Assembly: GCA_944384255.1 (NCBI GenBank)
Contig: CALWSS010000012.1
Location: forward strand, 3,398-67,397
Reading direction: 5' to 3'
Length of the DNA stretch: 64,000 nucleotides
Source: an uncultured Clostridia bacterium
GTDB lineage: Bacteria > Bacillota > Clostridia > Lachnospirales > Anaerotignaceae
Shown: positions 47,835 to 57,004 of the stretch, one piece after another
How the letters are laid out: each line of letters begins with the position of its first letter
How positions within the stretch are numbered: position 1 is the stretch's first letter
The notes under the pieces: model-generated
Database searches by the model: none
What the model was told of the DNA's origin: nothing
The model's input: the letters and a program-made list of their open reading frames with translations, nothing else
Position numbers and translations under genes: made by a program

Positions 47835-48950
47835 TCATTCATTCTTTCCCACCGATGCCAGCGATACCAAAGAAAGTCCGTCTAAGCGCATTGGTTTATA
47901 ATAACCAAGAGCGCTGTTTATACCCAAATAAGTATGTCCGCCTAAGTTTATAAACTCTCTTAGCGCCACAAGACGAGGCTGTGTATGTGCCGGGGACATA
48001 TCCTGAATTAAGCTTAAAAGTGCCTCCTGCTCCCTTTTGCCTGAGCAGTATTTTTCTTTTACCAAAACTAAAAATTCATTCTCATCCGTTCCGTAAAGTC
48101 TGTCCAAAACTTCTTTTTCATGGCTCAACTGCTTAAACTGCCGTATCTGCCACTGCTCTACAATAAACGGCTCTTCACCTGTAAAAAGTTTAATAATTTC
48201 TATTAAACCACTTCGTGTACCACGTTTTTTAAAAAGACTCGGTGCCAAAGATATAAGCTTTCTCAGCTTGTCCTGACTCCAAATATCGGTATTTGTAATA
48301 TCCAGCCATTTTGCTATGTATTGAAGAAATGCCATATCACAGGACATTGGTTCAAGCATGGATGTACTGTTTTCATACTTAGTGTCAAAATCATCATACA
48401 GTGATTGAAAAATACTCAAATACCTGTCCAAAAACTCTGCACTTTCACGATTTTTCTGGTAAATAGACGGAAGATAATTTATCCAGCTTTTGTATGGAAA
48501 ATAAACAAATATGTTTTCTATTCCTGCATTTTCTTCCTGACCGGAATAAATTTCTATGCAAAACCAAAAGTATCTTCCTTTAATACCATGAAGCAGTGTA
48601 TCGCTCTGATTTAAAAATTCTTCTTTTAAAAATGCTCCGCAAGCCTTTCGCTTTAAATCAGGTGAAATATGGGAAAACAGTATATCTTCTATGTCTGTTT
48701 TAGTGCCGTTATAGAATATCTCTCTTTTATCTGAGCAGTACAGCCAAAAACGAACACCAGACCTAAAAATAGGTATATCACAAGTCATTCTGTGCCAAAA
48801 AGTTTCTTTTTCACCGCTGTCAAGAATTTTTGAAAAAAACACACCTTTTTCACTGCCTTGTGATAAACAAATGCCATGCTCTGTGCATAAACAGTTTTCC
48901 AAATATCCTCTTTTATAGTCCATTGGCTTATTAAAAACAAAATATTTCAT
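47835..48950 (-). CDS. baseplate protein, phage P2 gpI-like (Afp12-like)
   Basis: ..EFLDRYLSIFQSLYDDFD......FLQYIAKWLDI.. matches the tail-protein-I type block of phage-tail-like loci. Confidence 0.7.
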   Translation of the reverse strand: MKYFVFNKPMDYKRGYLENCLCTEHGICLSQGSEKGVFFSKILDSGEKETFWHRMTCDIPIFRSGVRFWLYCSDKREIFYNGTKTDIEDILFSHISPDLKRKACGAFLKEEFLNQSDTLLHGIKGRYFWFCIEIYSGQEENAGIENIFVYFPYKSWINYLPSIYQKNRESAEFLDRYLSIFQSLYDDFDTKYENSTSMLEPMSCDMAFLQYIAKWLDITNTDIWSQDKLRKLISLAPSLFKKRGTRSGLIEIIKLFTGEEPFIVEQWQIRQFKQLSHEKEVLDRLYGTDENEFLVLVKEKYCSGKREQEALLSLIQDMSPAHTQPRLVALREFINLGGHTYLGINSALGYYKPMRLDGLSLVSLASVGKNE

Positions 48951-48968
48951 ATTCAGTCCCCTTCCCCA

Positions 48969-50960
48969 TTAACGAATTACAATGCAGTCTACATTTTTAA
49001 GCAAAAGCACTCCCAAAGGCGGCAAAAGCACATCTCCGTTTCTGTTTCTTGAAATTCCGCCGCCTCTTGCGTCAATATACAGCATACCAACTTCAATTAC
49101 TTCCTCAAGACTGTCTATACTGGCAAATAAAGTGCCGTAATTAATTACAGGCCCAAAACCCTTGAGTTTTGAAAAGTATTCTCTTATAGCTGTTTCAACA
49201 TTTTTCTCAGCATTTATATACTGCGGCTTTACACGCAGTTCTGCATAAACCGATACATCAATGTAAATTGGTGAGAAGAGCTTTACAAAACTGCATATTA
49301 GCCGTTTGTCCATAATATAATTTAATATATTTTTTTGATATGCCTCTGACAAAGCAGTATTGCCGTTTTCAGAATATGGCCTTACTACAATATGCACTTC
49401 ATTTTTATAATGCTCATCGTTAAAGTTTGATAAATCCAATACTTTGCAGTCCCAAATACGAAGACCCGGTGTTTTAAGAACAAGTCTTTCGTAATCTTTT
49501 TCACTTACGGCTCTTCCATCATCATTTAGAAAATTTCTGGCTCTTGAAAAGCCTTCTTCCAAGCTTTCAATATCAGCACCACCTGATGAATCCACAATAC
49601 TTTTTACATAAACATCTTTTGGCAGTACATTATTTTTGGCTTCCTGCCCTGCTTTGATGTTTCCTCCGCTTCCGGCACTAAACTGGCAAGAAATAATTCT
49701 TATCTCATTTTCCGGCATTCTGCCTCTTATACCGTTTCCGAAATAAATACAGTTATTTTCTTCATCAACAATATAATGACTGTCATCAGGCCCTGAGCTG
49801 TCAAAATCATTAACCTTTGTCCATTTACGTAAGAATCCTTTATATTTAGAACTTGAAACCAAAATTTCAAATGAATCCCACATGACACCTTTATCCGTCA
49901 GAAAATACTTCTGATTAGGCAAGCCGTTGCCTATGGCTATAATACGGTCTTTATAAAAATCTTTTTCATAAAGAGCCGCTTTATCTGCTTTATCCTCTGT
50001 TGTCTCAATATAGCAACCGTAATTTTCGTTCCAAGCGTAATAGTCTGTTTTAAAGTTATCGCTTTGCCTAAGCTTTAACTGGCTTTTATCAATAAATACA
50101 GCTTTTGTATCCCTCTGTATAAGTGTTATATCATTAAAACTGAAATCCTTTATTGCAGGCGAAACATCAAGACTGTCGTTAACAAGTGTAAACTTTATAA
50201 AATAGCCTTCAACGCCTTCTATAGCCGAATAAGCCATATTGCTTTTAATTGAAAATTTATATTCACCGCTTCGAATCATTCCCAATGTACTGTCAAGAGC
50301 AGATATTTCAGTTTCACCATTTTCGCTTAAATATGTAATTTTTATTTTGGAAAGCGGTACAAACCGGCTTATATCTTTTATCGGGTTTCTTTTTACACTG
50401 TAATGCTCGTCCAATACTACCGAAAGCTTATATGTTTTTCCAACTTCAAGGCTATTTTTAAGGCATATATAAAATTCACTGCCAACACCGGTTCTTTTAC
50501 CAAACGGATATATAACCATGCTGCCCATATCATTTTTTTGGAGCATATCTGACTTAAATATACTGCCGTATTTCGGCTTTACAATTACAGATTTTATTAT
50601 ATCTGCCGGTATATTTTCAGTTTCTGTTGTTTCAAAGCACAATCCGTTTATATAAAACTTAGTTCCTGCTAAAATAGAAACCGGATTAGGTGTATTTATT
50701 CTTACAGTTGTTATGGCATTCTTTCTTTTTTCAAGACTGATTCCCATTAACTGCAAAAACTTTTTACGTAAATCATCACTTAACTGGTCTATATAAAACT
50801 GCTGTGCTTCTTTTAAGAAAGCAAACAACTCCAAAATTGTAATTCCCGGGTCATGATAGTTATAGTCCGTCCAATTAGGATACACTTCCGCTATCTGGCT
50901 TCTGGCTTTTTTTACAATTTCCTCAAAATTAGAGGTATCCAAGCTAATTTCAGGCAGCAT
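48969..50960 (-). CDS. baseplate J-like assembly protein (Afp11-like)
   Basis: N-terminus LPEISLDTSNFEEIVKKARSQIAEVYPNWTDYNYHDPGITILELFAFL is the classic baseplate-assembly-protein start of phage-tail-like regions. Confidence 0.8.
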   Translation of the reverse strand: MLPEISLDTSNFEEIVKKARSQIAEVYPNWTDYNYHDPGITILELFAFLKEAQQFYIDQLSDDLRKKFLQLMGISLEKRKNAITTVRINTPNPVSILAGTKFYINGLCFETTETENIPADIIKSVIVKPKYGSIFKSDMLQKNDMGSMVIYPFGKRTGVGSEFYICLKNSLEVGKTYKLSVVLDEHYSVKRNPIKDISRFVPLSKIKITYLSENGETEISALDSTLGMIRSGEYKFSIKSNMAYSAIEGVEGYFIKFTLVNDSLDVSPAIKDFSFNDITLIQRDTKAVFIDKSQLKLRQSDNFKTDYYAWNENYGCYIETTEDKADKAALYEKDFYKDRIIAIGNGLPNQKYFLTDKGVMWDSFEILVSSSKYKGFLRKWTKVNDFDSSGPDDSHYIVDEENNCIYFGNGIRGRMPENEIRIISCQFSAGSGGNIKAGQEAKNNVLPKDVYVKSIVDSSGGADIESLEEGFSRARNFLNDDGRAVSEKDYERLVLKTPGLRIWDCKVLDLSNFNDEHYKNEVHIVVRPYSENGNTALSEAYQKNILNYIMDKRLICSFVKLFSPIYIDVSVYAELRVKPQYINAEKNVETAIREYFSKLKGFGPVINYGTLFASIDSLEEVIEVGMLYIDARGGGISRNRNGDVLLPPLGVLLLKNVDCIVIR

Positions 50961-50973
50961 TGGCCCAGCCTCC

Positions 50974-53900
50974 TTATTCTGTCCTTACAAAAATACGGTG
51001 ATTTCCGTTTACCGGAAGAGCAAAAGGAAATTTTTTCATTTCTTCCGTATTAATCTCTATCATTTCTCCGCCTTTAAATATTCTGCCTGATATAACAAGG
51101 TTTCTTATTTCCTTAACAAAAGGTATTGCCTTAATAACTGTTTCTATTTGGCTTCTGTTTGGCATTACCCCGGCATTAAATCCATTTGAATTAAAATTTC
51201 CGCTAATAGGATTTAAAAATTCTTTAAGGCGTTGGTTTATTCTGCGTTTGCATATAAAAATCTCGTTAAAGTCATCAACTTTAATGTCTGCACCTATTTG
51301 TATCTCAATAAAATCAGGTGATACTATCTGAAGTCGGTTTTGGGCAATAAGATTTCCAAATACTTTATCTTTTAAATAATCCATAACTATTTCTTTTAAT
51401 GAATGAAAATAGTAATGGCTGTTTTCAAAGTCCTTTTGAAGCAAAACAAGAGTAATATATCCGCTTTTCTGCTTTCCGTCAGCAGTTCTGCCTGTAAAGC
51501 AAAAGGCCTTATGTATCATTCTTGATGCTTCTTTTGCCAGTTTTTCATAGTCTTCTGCCGTAACGGCTTTGTAATGATGTTTAAATGCACTGGCTGTTCT
51601 TTCTATAGCTTCGTCAACAGTTTCCCTGCCGCATCCCCCTGCAAAACCCACAGGGTTATAAGCCGAATTTATAAAACCGTAGTTCAATTCCATACCATTT
51701 ACGGCACCTTTTTTAATATTGTCCTCTTCTCCTCCGCCAATACTCATTTTTATGTATATTCCGTTGGCTACTCCCGGCGGAGGCAGGCGGTAATTAGTTC
51801 CGGCTGAAAATGTAAGTATACCATTACCTTTATCCAGCATATACTTTCTTCCATCTCCGGCTTTTTCGTTAAAGCTCTCTGTTCTTTCCCAAAGTACCCA
51901 AGTTTGTGCCTGTAAATCATTGTCATTTGTTATACGTAGCCGGCCTTCTTTTTCAAGACTTATTTCTTCGCTTTTTGATAATGTTCCGCTTTCGTTTACC
52001 CATACCTGCTCGTTATATACAGGATAGTTTAAAAGCTGAAACTCAGCAGAAGACTCAAAGTTTTCCAGTGTAATATATTCCTCAACATTTGTTCTTAATG
52101 TCCAAGCTTTAACACTGTTAATAAAAAGTCCTTCTACCAAAGGCAAGTTTTCTTTTTTTGCACCGTTATAGCCATTTGAAATATCCTGAATACGTATCCA
52201 GTATCCGTCTTGACCAAAGCACTGGGTCTTTTCAAAATCAGGTGCACCATTAAAACTAATAAGCCCGCTGTTTTCAAAGCCACGTGTTTCGTCAGCGGCA
52301 TTAATGTCCCGCCATTTTCCGCCTCCGAAATACTGCCAATTAAGACGTGGTCTTTGCCACAAAGCAGAAGAGCCTAAAAGCGCTAAAATACGGATAGGCC
52401 CGTTAATAAGCGGCATACTGAAACAGCAGTACACAGCCGGAATACTATCCCCAGCCGGACGTATAGGGCTGTAACCCCCTAACTGACTTAAAGAGCTTTT
52501 GGCACTTTTAATACTGCCCACACCATTATTCTGCTCATATATAAATTCCGGAATAACGCCTTTTCCTTCGTATTCATAAGAAAAATATGTTTCAGAAATC
52601 ATAGGCGTTACATATTGTCCTGTTGTTTTAAATCTATTGTTTAAATTAATAATTCTGGCTCTTATGCATCTGCCTTCTGATGAGTTAACTATGGCCGATG
52701 ACATATCATCAGGACAAATAAAACGCAGTGTTTTTTTCTGCCTGCCTGTAAACTGCTCAGGTGTAAAAACATTGTCATATCTGTTATCTTCAAATAACCG
52801 TGCCCAGCCCGTTCCGTTAAAATACTCCCATATAACTTTAGAAATAGTTACATCATATTCCGGCTCTACCTTAACAGCGCTTTTTGGCATAATCAAACGC
52901 CAGTTAATTTCTTCTTTTTCCGCAATATTTAAAGGTATCTTTGTATAATCCAGCAAAAAGGTCATTGTAATAAGAGCACCTTTTTTGCTGAAAGCTTCAT
53001 CACAAGAAAAATAAACTTCCTCATAAATCGATAGCTGTTCTCCAAAAGGAAAATAAAAGCCATGGCTGTCAGCTTCTGTACCTGCAGCATATACCGACTG
53101 CGGCGGAATCATAGCGGCTCTGCTTTTAAGGCGTATATCCCCAAGAGCCATGTCGTAAAGTGCTTTTCCGTTATCAATTTCATATTTAATCCAGTATTGG
53201 CTTATGCCGTCTATATCTGTTTTAACCCACGGCTCCTGATTGTTTGACTTAACAAATACAAAAGCACTGCCTTTGCGGTAAAATTTTTCAAAAGGCACAA
53301 AACCGTTTTCGGATGAATAATAAAATTTACCTGCTGAACCAAGTCTATAAAGTATATCTTCCGGCAGAGAATGATTATCTGCTGTATAAAACTCAACTTC
53401 AGCTTCTCCGCCTTTAGTTATGGCAAATATATCGCTGTGGCCTATTAAAAAAGCATGCTTTTGAATGTTTTTCCCGTCAAAGCCGAAAATACAAAACTTT
53501 TTATTATCTGTTTCGTCCCAAAGTTTGCCTATGTAATCCAAAGAATCATTGCTTTCATATACAGCCTGAATATGTGACGGGGATACAAAAACATCATCTC
53601 TTGTTTCAACCGGTATTATATTTCCCGACTTATCCGTTACATCTACAGTGAGCTTTGTTCCTGCCGGAAGCTCAGTTCCGTTTACTTCCTCATTTACTGT
53701 GCTAAAAGAAACATAGCCGAAAGACGGCTGTTCCGGCAGCAAAGAGGCATGCAGATTGTTAAAATATTCTGTTCGCCATTTTAACGGCAGCTCGTTATAC
53801 CGCATTAAAGTATCTGCCTGCATACCGGCAAAAATAACTGCTAATGCCGTTCCTAAATCAGGATTTGACTCATCAAAGCGCCATTGCGGTGTATATGACT

Positions 53901-53976
53901 GCGATAAATGCTTTACCTGCTCAAGTATTTTTTCTTTGCTGTCGTGATTTATATTAGGTATTTTATCCATCTGCAT
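50974..53976 (-). CDS. large baseplate wedge protein, second baseplate-J-like paralogue
   Basis: 1000 aa. N-terminal ..YTPQWRFDESNPDLGTALAVIFAGMQADTLMRYNELP.. resembles the gpJ/gp6 N-terminal block. Lies between gp25 and the other J-like gene. Confidence 0.6.
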   Translation of the reverse strand: MQMDKIPNINHDSKEKILEQVKHLSQSYTPQWRFDESNPDLGTALAVIFAGMQADTLMRYNELPLKWRTEYFNNLHASLLPEQPSFGYVSFSTVNEEVNGTELPAGTKLTVDVTDKSGNIIPVETRDDVFVSPSHIQAVYESNDSLDYIGKLWDETDNKKFCIFGFDGKNIQKHAFLIGHSDIFAITKGGEAEVEFYTADNHSLPEDILYRLGSAGKFYYSSENGFVPFEKFYRKGSAFVFVKSNNQEPWVKTDIDGISQYWIKYEIDNGKALYDMALGDIRLKSRAAMIPPQSVYAAGTEADSHGFYFPFGEQLSIYEEVYFSCDEAFSKKGALITMTFLLDYTKIPLNIAEKEEINWRLIMPKSAVKVEPEYDVTISKVIWEYFNGTGWARLFEDNRYDNVFTPEQFTGRQKKTLRFICPDDMSSAIVNSSEGRCIRARIINLNNRFKTTGQYVTPMISETYFSYEYEGKGVIPEFIYEQNNGVGSIKSAKSSLSQLGGYSPIRPAGDSIPAVYCCFSMPLINGPIRILALLGSSALWQRPRLNWQYFGGGKWRDINAADETRGFENSGLISFNGAPDFEKTQCFGQDGYWIRIQDISNGYNGAKKENLPLVEGLFINSVKAWTLRTNVEEYITLENFESSAEFQLLNYPVYNEQVWVNESGTLSKSEEISLEKEGRLRITNDNDLQAQTWVLWERTESFNEKAGDGRKYMLDKGNGILTFSAGTNYRLPPPGVANGIYIKMSIGGGEEDNIKKGAVNGMELNYGFINSAYNPVGFAGGCGRETVDEAIERTASAFKHHYKAVTAEDYEKLAKEASRMIHKAFCFTGRTADGKQKSGYITLVLLQKDFENSHYYFHSLKEIVMDYLKDKVFGNLIAQNRLQIVSPDFIEIQIGADIKVDDFNEIFICKRRINQRLKEFLNPISGNFNSNGFNAGVMPNRSQIETVIKAIPFVKEIRNLVISGRIFKGGEMIEINTEEMKKFPFALPVNGNHRIFVRTE

Positions 53977-53991
53977 ACCTCCTTTCTATTT

Positions 53992-54420
53992 TTACAGTTC
54001 AATTCCTTCATTAATAAAGAATGGAAATACCAAGTTATACGGGTTATTAGTTGAACGCACCACATAAGAAATCGAAATAAAAGCTTTCCCGTCTTCCGGT
54101 GTGTCCTGTGATACTTCTACTGAAATATCACGAATTCTTGGTTCCCATTTTATCAGTGCTTCTTTTATGCTTTTTTCCATTTGGGAAACAGTAGTATAAT
54201 CAAGAGTAGCAAAGGCAAAATCGTGTATTCCACAGCCAAAATCCGGACGCATTAGTCGTTCGCCTTTTTTTGTCATTAATATTATATATATAGCTTCTTT
54301 TATATCTTCCTCAAAGGATGAGGACATAAATCGGCCTGTTGCCGAATCCGGCATAACAGGGAAACTAAATCCAGTTCCCAAAAACTCCATACCGTTTTTA
54401 TTGTCCCCCATATATATCAC
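53992..54420 (-). CDS. baseplate wedge protein gp25/GPW family (Afp9-like)
   Basis: GTGFSFPV ... I...I..IL.T..GER.MRPDFGCGIHDF.F, the GPW_gp25 signature. Confidence 0.85.
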   Translation of the reverse strand: MIYMGDNKNGMEFLGTGFSFPVMPDSATGRFMSSSFEEDIKEAIYIILMTKKGERLMRPDFGCGIHDFAFATLDYTTVSQMEKSIKEALIKWEPRIRDISVEVSQDTPEDGKAFISISYVVRSTNNPYNLVFPFFINEGIEL

Positions 54421-54424
54421 CTCT

Positions 54425-55198
54425 TTAATTTATTTTAACCATACTGCCCTTTATCTCGGTTATGCCGCTGGAGTTTATTTTTAAAGAGCCTTTTGAGTTT
54501 ACTTCCGTTGTGCTTCCCTTAATACTTACTGACTGGCCGTTAACTTTAAAATTCTGTTTAACGCTTATATCTACAGTGCCAGTGTTAACTGTTTCCTTAT
54601 CACTTTCCAGTGTAACCAGGGCCTTATTATTTACTTTAAGCTCTATTTTTTTATTGGCATTAAGCGAAATAGCGCCGTTTTTTGCATCTAAAACAATGCT
54701 GTTTTTGTTGTCCTTATCCGATATAGTCACATTGTTTTTTTCATCATCAATATTTATTTTCATTCCGGCTGGTGTTGTTATTTCAATAAACTGTTTTTTA
54801 TCCTCGTCAGAAAACTTTACCTGACTGCCGCCTTTTGTTTTTATTGTTTTAAATGTATTTTTCTCATTAGGCAAATCAGCCGGTATAGGGCTTTGTTTAT
54901 TCCATAATGAACCTATAACAACAGGCTTATCCCAGTTGCCCATTATAAAAGATATTACAACTTCCGTTCCTATCTCAGGCAAAAAGTATGAGCCGTAATC
55001 CTTACCGGAATAAAACGAAGCAACGGGAATCCAGCCGCTTTTGTTTTTCCCTTCTTCACCTGAATTGTATTCAACTTTAACCATTCCGGGATACTCTTTA
55101 TCATAATTTTCAAGCACTATTCCCGACACTAACCCCGGAGCTGTGGATGCTTTTTTTTCAACATTAAGCAGTTCATCAAAAAAATCCATTATTCCCAT
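54425..55198 (-). CDS. spike protein, gpV/gp5/VgrG-like (Afp8-like)
   Basis: N-terminal OB-like GLVSGIVLENYD..PGMVKVEY...SGWIPVA..YSG.DYG.YFLPEIGTEV. C-terminal repetitive beta-helix-like segment. 10-nt overlap with the gpD-like gene. Confidence 0.8.
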   Translation of the reverse strand: MGIMDFFDELLNVEKKASTAPGLVSGIVLENYDKEYPGMVKVEYNSGEEGKNKSGWIPVASFYSGKDYGSYFLPEIGTEVVISFIMGNWDKPVVIGSLWNKQSPIPADLPNEKNTFKTIKTKGGSQVKFSDEDKKQFIEITTPAGMKINIDDEKNNVTISDKDNKNSIVLDAKNGAISLNANKKIELKVNNKALVTLESDKETVNTGTVDISVKQNFKVNGQSVSIKGSTTEVNSKGSLKINSSGITEIKGSMVKIN

Positions 55199-56268
55199 CC
55201 CTCCGCAGTAAAGTTAGTTAAAAATCCGTTATAATTTATTGTGTGTGTTACATCTGTAATATAAAACTTTTTATTAACAAGGCTGTCAACACCGGAAATC
55301 TTTATAAACCTGCCCGGCACAATTTCCGGAAGGCCTATACATGTACCGTATGCCTTTTTATTCTCATTTTTTGCTTTTTCCGCCATACTCTTAGCCGCTT
55401 CATTGGCATCCGTCTGTGTTTTGCAGTCAGGAAGAGCCACTACTTCAACACCGGCTTTAATTACATTAACCTGATTATCACCATTTTTGGCAGTAGCTGA
55501 AGCAACAATATGAGTTTTAGTATCCGGGTTATAACCGTGCACTTCAAAAACTTTATTAAGGTAGTTTAAACTGCGGTTGAAGCTTTTAAGACCGCTGTTA
55601 ATTCCGAGGGTTATTACAGGTGTTTTAACGCTTTGAACTTTTCTGAAATATGCTTTATCTGCTACAATAAAAAACTCTCGGTCAACTCTGCCGCCTTCAA
55701 TAAGCTTTTTAGTAATAAAGTCGTAGTCCGATTCTCTTTGGCAGACAACATCTTTTAACTTGTCATCAGTTGCATCACAATCCAAAGAGCACAGTGCTGA
55801 ATAACGCGACATAATTTCTTTTACTATATCCGAATAGTTGGCTTTATTATATAAAATATATGGTTTATTGTCTGTCATCATAAGACGCCTTGCATCCATA
55901 GCCATAATAGTAAAAAATATGCCGTTTTCCACATCAAGCTGTATATCAACTGAGGCTATAAAGCCTTTAAACACCACAATTGAAGATGACATGTAACCAA
56001 GCTTTACCGTTACGGTTTTTCCCGGTGCTGCCTTATCTTTTAAAACACTGCTGAAACTGCTGTTTTCATAATCATATCCGCTGTTTACGGTAAATGATGC
56101 ACTTCCGGCGTTTTCAACAGAAAGCTTAACCTGAACTTGGTTTACTGATACACCTTTTTGTTCCAAAAGTGAAACACCGCCTATATTAAGCTCTACTTTT
56201 GGTGTTGTAAAATCGTCATATTTTTTTCTCAGCTCACTGTATGTATAGCTGCCATCCATTAATCCCAT
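55189..56268 (-). CDS. baseplate hub, phage late control protein D (gpD)-like (Afp7-like)
   Basis: 359 aa. ..V.V.LGY......VF.G.I... and ..QRESDYDFITKKLIEGG..FFIV..KAYF.. match the gpD pattern. Confidence 0.7.
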   Translation of the reverse strand: MGLMDGSYTYSELRKKYDDFTTPKVELNIGGVSLLEQKGVSVNQVQVKLSVENAGSASFTVNSGYDYENSSFSSVLKDKAAPGKTVTVKLGYMSSSIVVFKGFIASVDIQLDVENGIFFTIMAMDARRLMMTDNKPYILYNKANYSDIVKEIMSRYSALCSLDCDATDDKLKDVVCQRESDYDFITKKLIEGGRVDREFFIVADKAYFRKVQSVKTPVITLGINSGLKSFNRSLNYLNKVFEVHGYNPDTKTHIVASATAKNGDNQVNVIKAGVEVVALPDCKTQTDANEAAKSMAEKAKNENKKAYGTCIGLPEIVPGRFIKISGVDSLVNKKFYITDVTHTINYNGFLTNFTAEGWE

Positions 56269-56292
56269 AAACTCGCCGCCTTCTGAATATGA

Positions 56293-56985
56293 TTAAAGTG
56301 CAGGAATTTTTAACACCTGTCCCGGATATATTTTAAGCGGGTTAAGAAGGCCATTTGCCTTTGCTATAACACGCCATTTTTCACAGTCGCCGTATTCTTC
56401 ATAAGCTATATTCCAAAGGCTTGTCCCTTCCAGAACCGTTCTGTATTTAGTTCTGTCCGGCGATTCAAAAGGCTCGGCTTTTTTTGTCAGGCCTTCTTCC
56501 TGTGCTTCTTTAATAGTTAAATCCATTTTAGCCCTAATAGGCTTGCCAAATGTATCAAACATGGTAAAAGTTTCCGTTACGGAAGTAATAACACCTTTAA
56601 AGCTTAAATTGCCCCATACAAAAGAAACAAGCGGCGGTTTATGGTCACTGCCTGAAACCTGAACGGCTGATGTTATTTTTTTCATTATATCCGTTACCGG
56701 CTTAACTGAACTGCTGGAGCTGAGCATTCCGGTAGCTATTCCAATTAAACTTTCGGAACGGCCCTTTTCACCTTCGCTGTCAAAAAAAAGTGTTGTGGTA
56801 AATTCCTTTTGTGCTCCGGATAAAAATACCATTCTTGATACATCCGTACCTAATGAATTGTCTTCTTTATAATTAGCAGTACTTTTTATTGTGTACTGTG
56901 ACGGGTTAAATGAGCACTCAACTTCTTCTTTGCTTTTGCCGTTATTTTTGTATATTATGATTTTGGCTTTTTTAAGCGTTCCCAT
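56293..56985 (-). CDS. tube-initiator-like protein with C-terminal LysM domain
   Basis: N-terminal KAKIIIY.....EEVECSFNPSQYTI resembles CIS tube-fold proteins. C-terminal YRTVLEGTSLWNIAYEEYGD..KWRVIAKANGL.NPLKIYPGQVLKIP is a LysM motif. Confidence 0.75.
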   Translation of the reverse strand: MGTLKKAKIIIYKNNGKSKEEVECSFNPSQYTIKSTANYKEDNSLGTDVSRMVFLSGAQKEFTTTLFFDSEGEKGRSESLIGIATGMLSSSSSVKPVTDIMKKITSAVQVSGSDHKPPLVSFVWGNLSFKGVITSVTETFTMFDTFGKPIRAKMDLTIKEAQEEGLTKKAEPFESPDRTKYRTVLEGTSLWNIAYEEYGDCEKWRVIAKANGLLNPLKIYPGQVLKIPAL

Positions 56986-57004
56986 ATTGGCTCAGCCGCC
57001 TTTC

